Assembly (NCBI RefSeq): GCF_000315625.1
Contig: NW_005434632.1
Span: 490,113-554,112, forward strand
DNA from: Guillardia theta CCMP2712
Taxonomy: Eukaryota; Protista; Cryptophyta
Direction of reading: 5' to 3'
Length of the DNA stretch: 64,000 nucleotides
Part shown: positions 60,845 to 64,000 of the stretch, piece after piece
How positions within the stretch are numbered: position 1 is the stretch's first letter
Layout of the letters: every line of letters begins with the position of its first letter
Notes under the pieces: model-generated
Databases searched by the model: none
The model's input: the letters and a program-made list of their open reading frames with translations, nothing else
Told to the model about the DNA's origin: nothing
Translations under genes and position numbers: made by a program

Positions 60845-61448
60845 TTCTGTAACCTTTGCCCTCACCTACTTGCCCTCGCATGTGGGTATCGCTCATTGAT
60901 GGATCAGGATATTCCTCTGATGCCTAAGGACGTCCTGAAGAAGCATCTGTCGGGACAAGGCGCGATGAACTGGATGCAGGTATGAGAAATATCCTTCTTG
61001 CTCGCTAGCTCGCTCATCTGCCTCCCCTTTTCTCCCTTTCCCCTTCCCTTCCCTTCCCTTCCCTTCCCTTCCCTTCCCTTCCCTTCCCTTCCCTTCCCTT
61101 CCCTTCCCTTCCCCTTCAGTTGGAGCTACACAACTCCTCCTTCAGCATGGGGGGCTGGGCCGAGTGCGACAATCGCATGTGGAGGGTCGTCCAGAGTCGA
61201 TCGCCTCCGCGAGGGATGATTCTGGCACAGGTGAACCTTCCTCTCCCTCGACCTTGCTCGTTCTTCCTCCTGTCCTCCTCTCCGTCCTCTTTCTGGTCCT
61301 TTCCCTTCCTCCTCCTCCTTCCTCTTTCCTTCTCTCCCATCCTCTTGCTATTCCTTCTCTCCTCCCTCTCCTCTTTCTCCCTCTTTCCTCCTATCTCCTT
61401 CCTTCTTTCCCCTCAATCCCAGCCTCCTCCTCCTCCTCCTCCTCCTCC

Positions 61449-61491
<43 letters not shown>

Positions 61492-64000
61492 AGTCGTCGT
61501 CGTCGTCATCATCATCATCATCATCATTTCTCCCGCTCCATGACATCTCACGTGATCTCCAAGGGCTCCCAGTGGTTCATCTTGTCCCGCGACTTCGTTT
61601 CGTACATAACAGCATGCCTGACCCGAACGAGGGAAGTTGCTGGGGAGGAGGAGGAGGAGGAGGAGGAAGAGGAAGTTGAGGGGGTCTGTGAGAGAGGTGG
61701 TGCTGTTCTCGACCGCTGGGCATGCACGAGGGAGTGCGGGGTGACTCGGAGCTACTCGAGATGGGCCAGACACTCGTTCATCCCCGACGAGTCCTTCTTC
61801 CAGACGGTACAACCCCAGCTGCTCTCCTAGCTGACCCCCGGGCTGAGCGCGATCAGGTGCTGGTCAACTCTCCCTTCTGCCAGACTCTCTTCCCCGACAA
61901 CCTGCGGCACATCAACTGGGAGGGGTACAGGAGGGGAGCGCACGCAGAGGCCTGGAGGAGGAGGAGGAGGAGCTGTGCCAACGAGGACGTGGTGGTCGGA
62001 GGATGCGGAAACAGTCCCGATCCCCTGACAGCAGAGGATGTGGTATGACCCTTTGTCATGACCATCACAAATACATTCCCTTCCACCTCTTCTCCTCCCC
62101 TCTGCCTCTCCTCTCCTCCCCTCTCCTGCCCCCACTCCCTCCCTCCCTCCCTCACTCACTCACTCCCTCACTCACTCCCTCCCTCACTCACTCACTCACT
62201 CACTCACTCACTCACTCACTCACTCACTCTTGCATGGTCTCACATATTCTCTGATTCAGGTGGAGCTGCTGCGAGATAACCTGCAAACGTTTGCCAGGAA
62301 AGTTGACGTGAACTACGACGAGCGGGTGAGAAGGAGAGGAAGATGGACAGGGACGAGCAAGAGGAAAACTGGATAATGGTAGACGAGAAGGATCTGTTGA
62401 GGAGGAGGAGGAGGAGGAGGGGGAATCGACTGTTGATGATCAACCAATTCAGGTTTGGCCTCTTGTAGAATGTTGGTTTGCGCGTCAGTCGGGTGACCCT
62501 GCCGACTGTCTGCCGAGCTCTCCTCTGTTAGTTTCTGTTGCACAACCAGGTGTGTCAACGTTACTTCCTCTTTCCATCTCATCCATCAGAAAAGACTCCA
62601 TCATCACATTTTCATCTTGTCTCGTTCCGACACTCTTTACCTCGATCTTCCTTCTTCAGTCAAGCTTTTCTCGTTTGCGTACCTTCTTTTCTTTCGTAGA
62701 TCTTCTTCCTCATTCATATTCTTCTCACATTTTTCTCCTTCTCCGATTCTTCTCTCTCTTATCCTCTCTTCTCATTCTCCCTCTTCTCTCACTAATTTCT
62801 TCACTGATTTTCTGTCAGGGCCGGCAAGGATTGTCACTTTGAGCGCTTCGAACTCACTCGCTGCTGGTTCGTTTCCTCCTCTGCTTGTCTCCTCCTTATG
62901 CTCTCGTCAGGGTCTGCCATGGATGGAGACCTCCGGTACTTATCAACCTACGACAATCTCTTCCTCCTCCTCTAGCTACTCCTCCTCCTCCTCCTTCTCC
63001 TTCCCCTCAGCCTCCGATAATCTGTTCTTGCTCCTGCTTTTCTCCTACTCCTCCTCCTCCTCCTCCTCCTTTCACCTTCTTTTCCTTCTGCCATCACCAC
63101 CACCACCTCCTCCTCCTTCTCTCCTTGTCCTCCTCTCTTTCCCTTCCTACTTCCCTTCCTTTCTTGTACCAACTCTCTTCTCCATCACTGTCTCTTCATC
63201 TTCCTCTCATTTCTTGTCCCCTCGCCTTCAGGTCTCGCTGGAGCCTCCACGAACCCACCAGGGACTTCCAAGGTTTCCGTCCCCTCGCGCGCGAGGCTGT
63301 AGACTCGCTCCTCCTCCTCCTCGACTCCTCTCGCCCATGGCGCCGTCCTCTAGCCGCCCTGTGCGACATGGTCCAGGTCCTCTGAACCCCCAGCCGCTTG
63401 TGCGAGTTGACAGGGGAGGAGCAGAAGACGATGGAGGCTGTGAGGGAGTGGATGAGAAACCAAGTGTGTCTGACGGTGAGGAGGAGGAGGTGGAGGCGTG
63501 TAGGAGGCGTGTAGGGGGCGTGTAGGAGCTGATCGCTGCTCAAGGTGGAGCTTGACGCAAGCGTGAGGTTGAAAAGCCTACGGCTGTACTGGGAGAAGTC
63601 GCCGAGGGAGTACCGAGTGTACGCGAAGGCTGCGAGCTCGGTAAAGCAGCTTTGCGGCGATGCAGGAGGAGGAGGAGGAGGAGGGAGGGGAGGAGGAGGG
63701 AGGGGAGGAGGAGGGAGGGGAGGAGGAGGAGGATGGTGGTGGTGGTGGTGGTGGTGATGATGATGATGATGACTACCAGGTTGGTTGTGAGGAGGTCAAC
63801 GCGGGAGGATGGGTCAGGCTTGAACTGCTCTCCTCCTCCTCTAGCTGCAAGAAGGGCATGGCAGAGGAGGTCAGAAGAAGTGCTCTTCTTCTGCTTCTCC
63901 TCCTCCTCTGACTGCTGTCGTCAGTTCGTAGAGGAGAGATGTTATGCTACTTTGGCTCCTCCATCCCCCTGCCTTCAGGTGATCTTGCGACCGGTTTCTC
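59350..64000 (+). CDS. GT14 (core-2/I-branching) peptide-O-xylosyltransferase-like protein with a possible C-terminal discoidin/CBM32-like region; start uncertain, 3' end outside the window
   Basis: VVHVDSK, VTWGGFSMV, LINLSGQ|DIPL, ECDNRMWR, GSQWFILSRDFV, PDESFFQT|VLVNSPFC..DNLRHINW, GCGNSP, FARK; later VELD..LRLYWE..REYRV. Confidence 0.85.
59396..59610 (+). repeat. (TGTCTTGCT)n 9-mer tandem repeat with variants
   Basis: Direct inspection. Confidence 0.9.

Overview
Eukaryotic nuclear DNA from an intron-rich alga. A cryptophyte (Guillardia theta-like) is inferred from ASA-F type bipartite plastid-targeting leaders, ~40-55 nt GT-AG introns with CTGAC branch points, and microsatellite-filled introns. 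The window has three 100-N gaps and about 16 protein genes: a MOV10/SDE3-like SF1 RNA helicase carrying a RING-H2 finger (seen only after splicing), a Sfi1-like coiled-coil protein, a PKD2/TRPP channel with a C-terminal C2 domain, two plastid fibrillins, a class I-alpha DAHP synthase, a degenerate LOV/PAS-ankyrin protein, a TPR-GT41 (OGT-like) enzyme, RPLP0, an AAA-less FtsH/M41-like protease, SMC2, a GT14 xylosyltransferase-like gene (runs off the window) and several orphan ORFs, three of them intronless. The most unusual non-coding signal is a modular intergenic architecture. It combines CCGG-rich islands, a dispersed ~58-bp unit with a conserved motif and variable spacer (MEF2-like + AACAAT + CAACGG), strand-biased (T)ACCCC fields and a double-hairpin tandem array. 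It is concentrated upstream of the intronless genes. Most short six-frame ORFs are artefacts of simple repeats. Exon boundaries were read by eye and no database searches were run.
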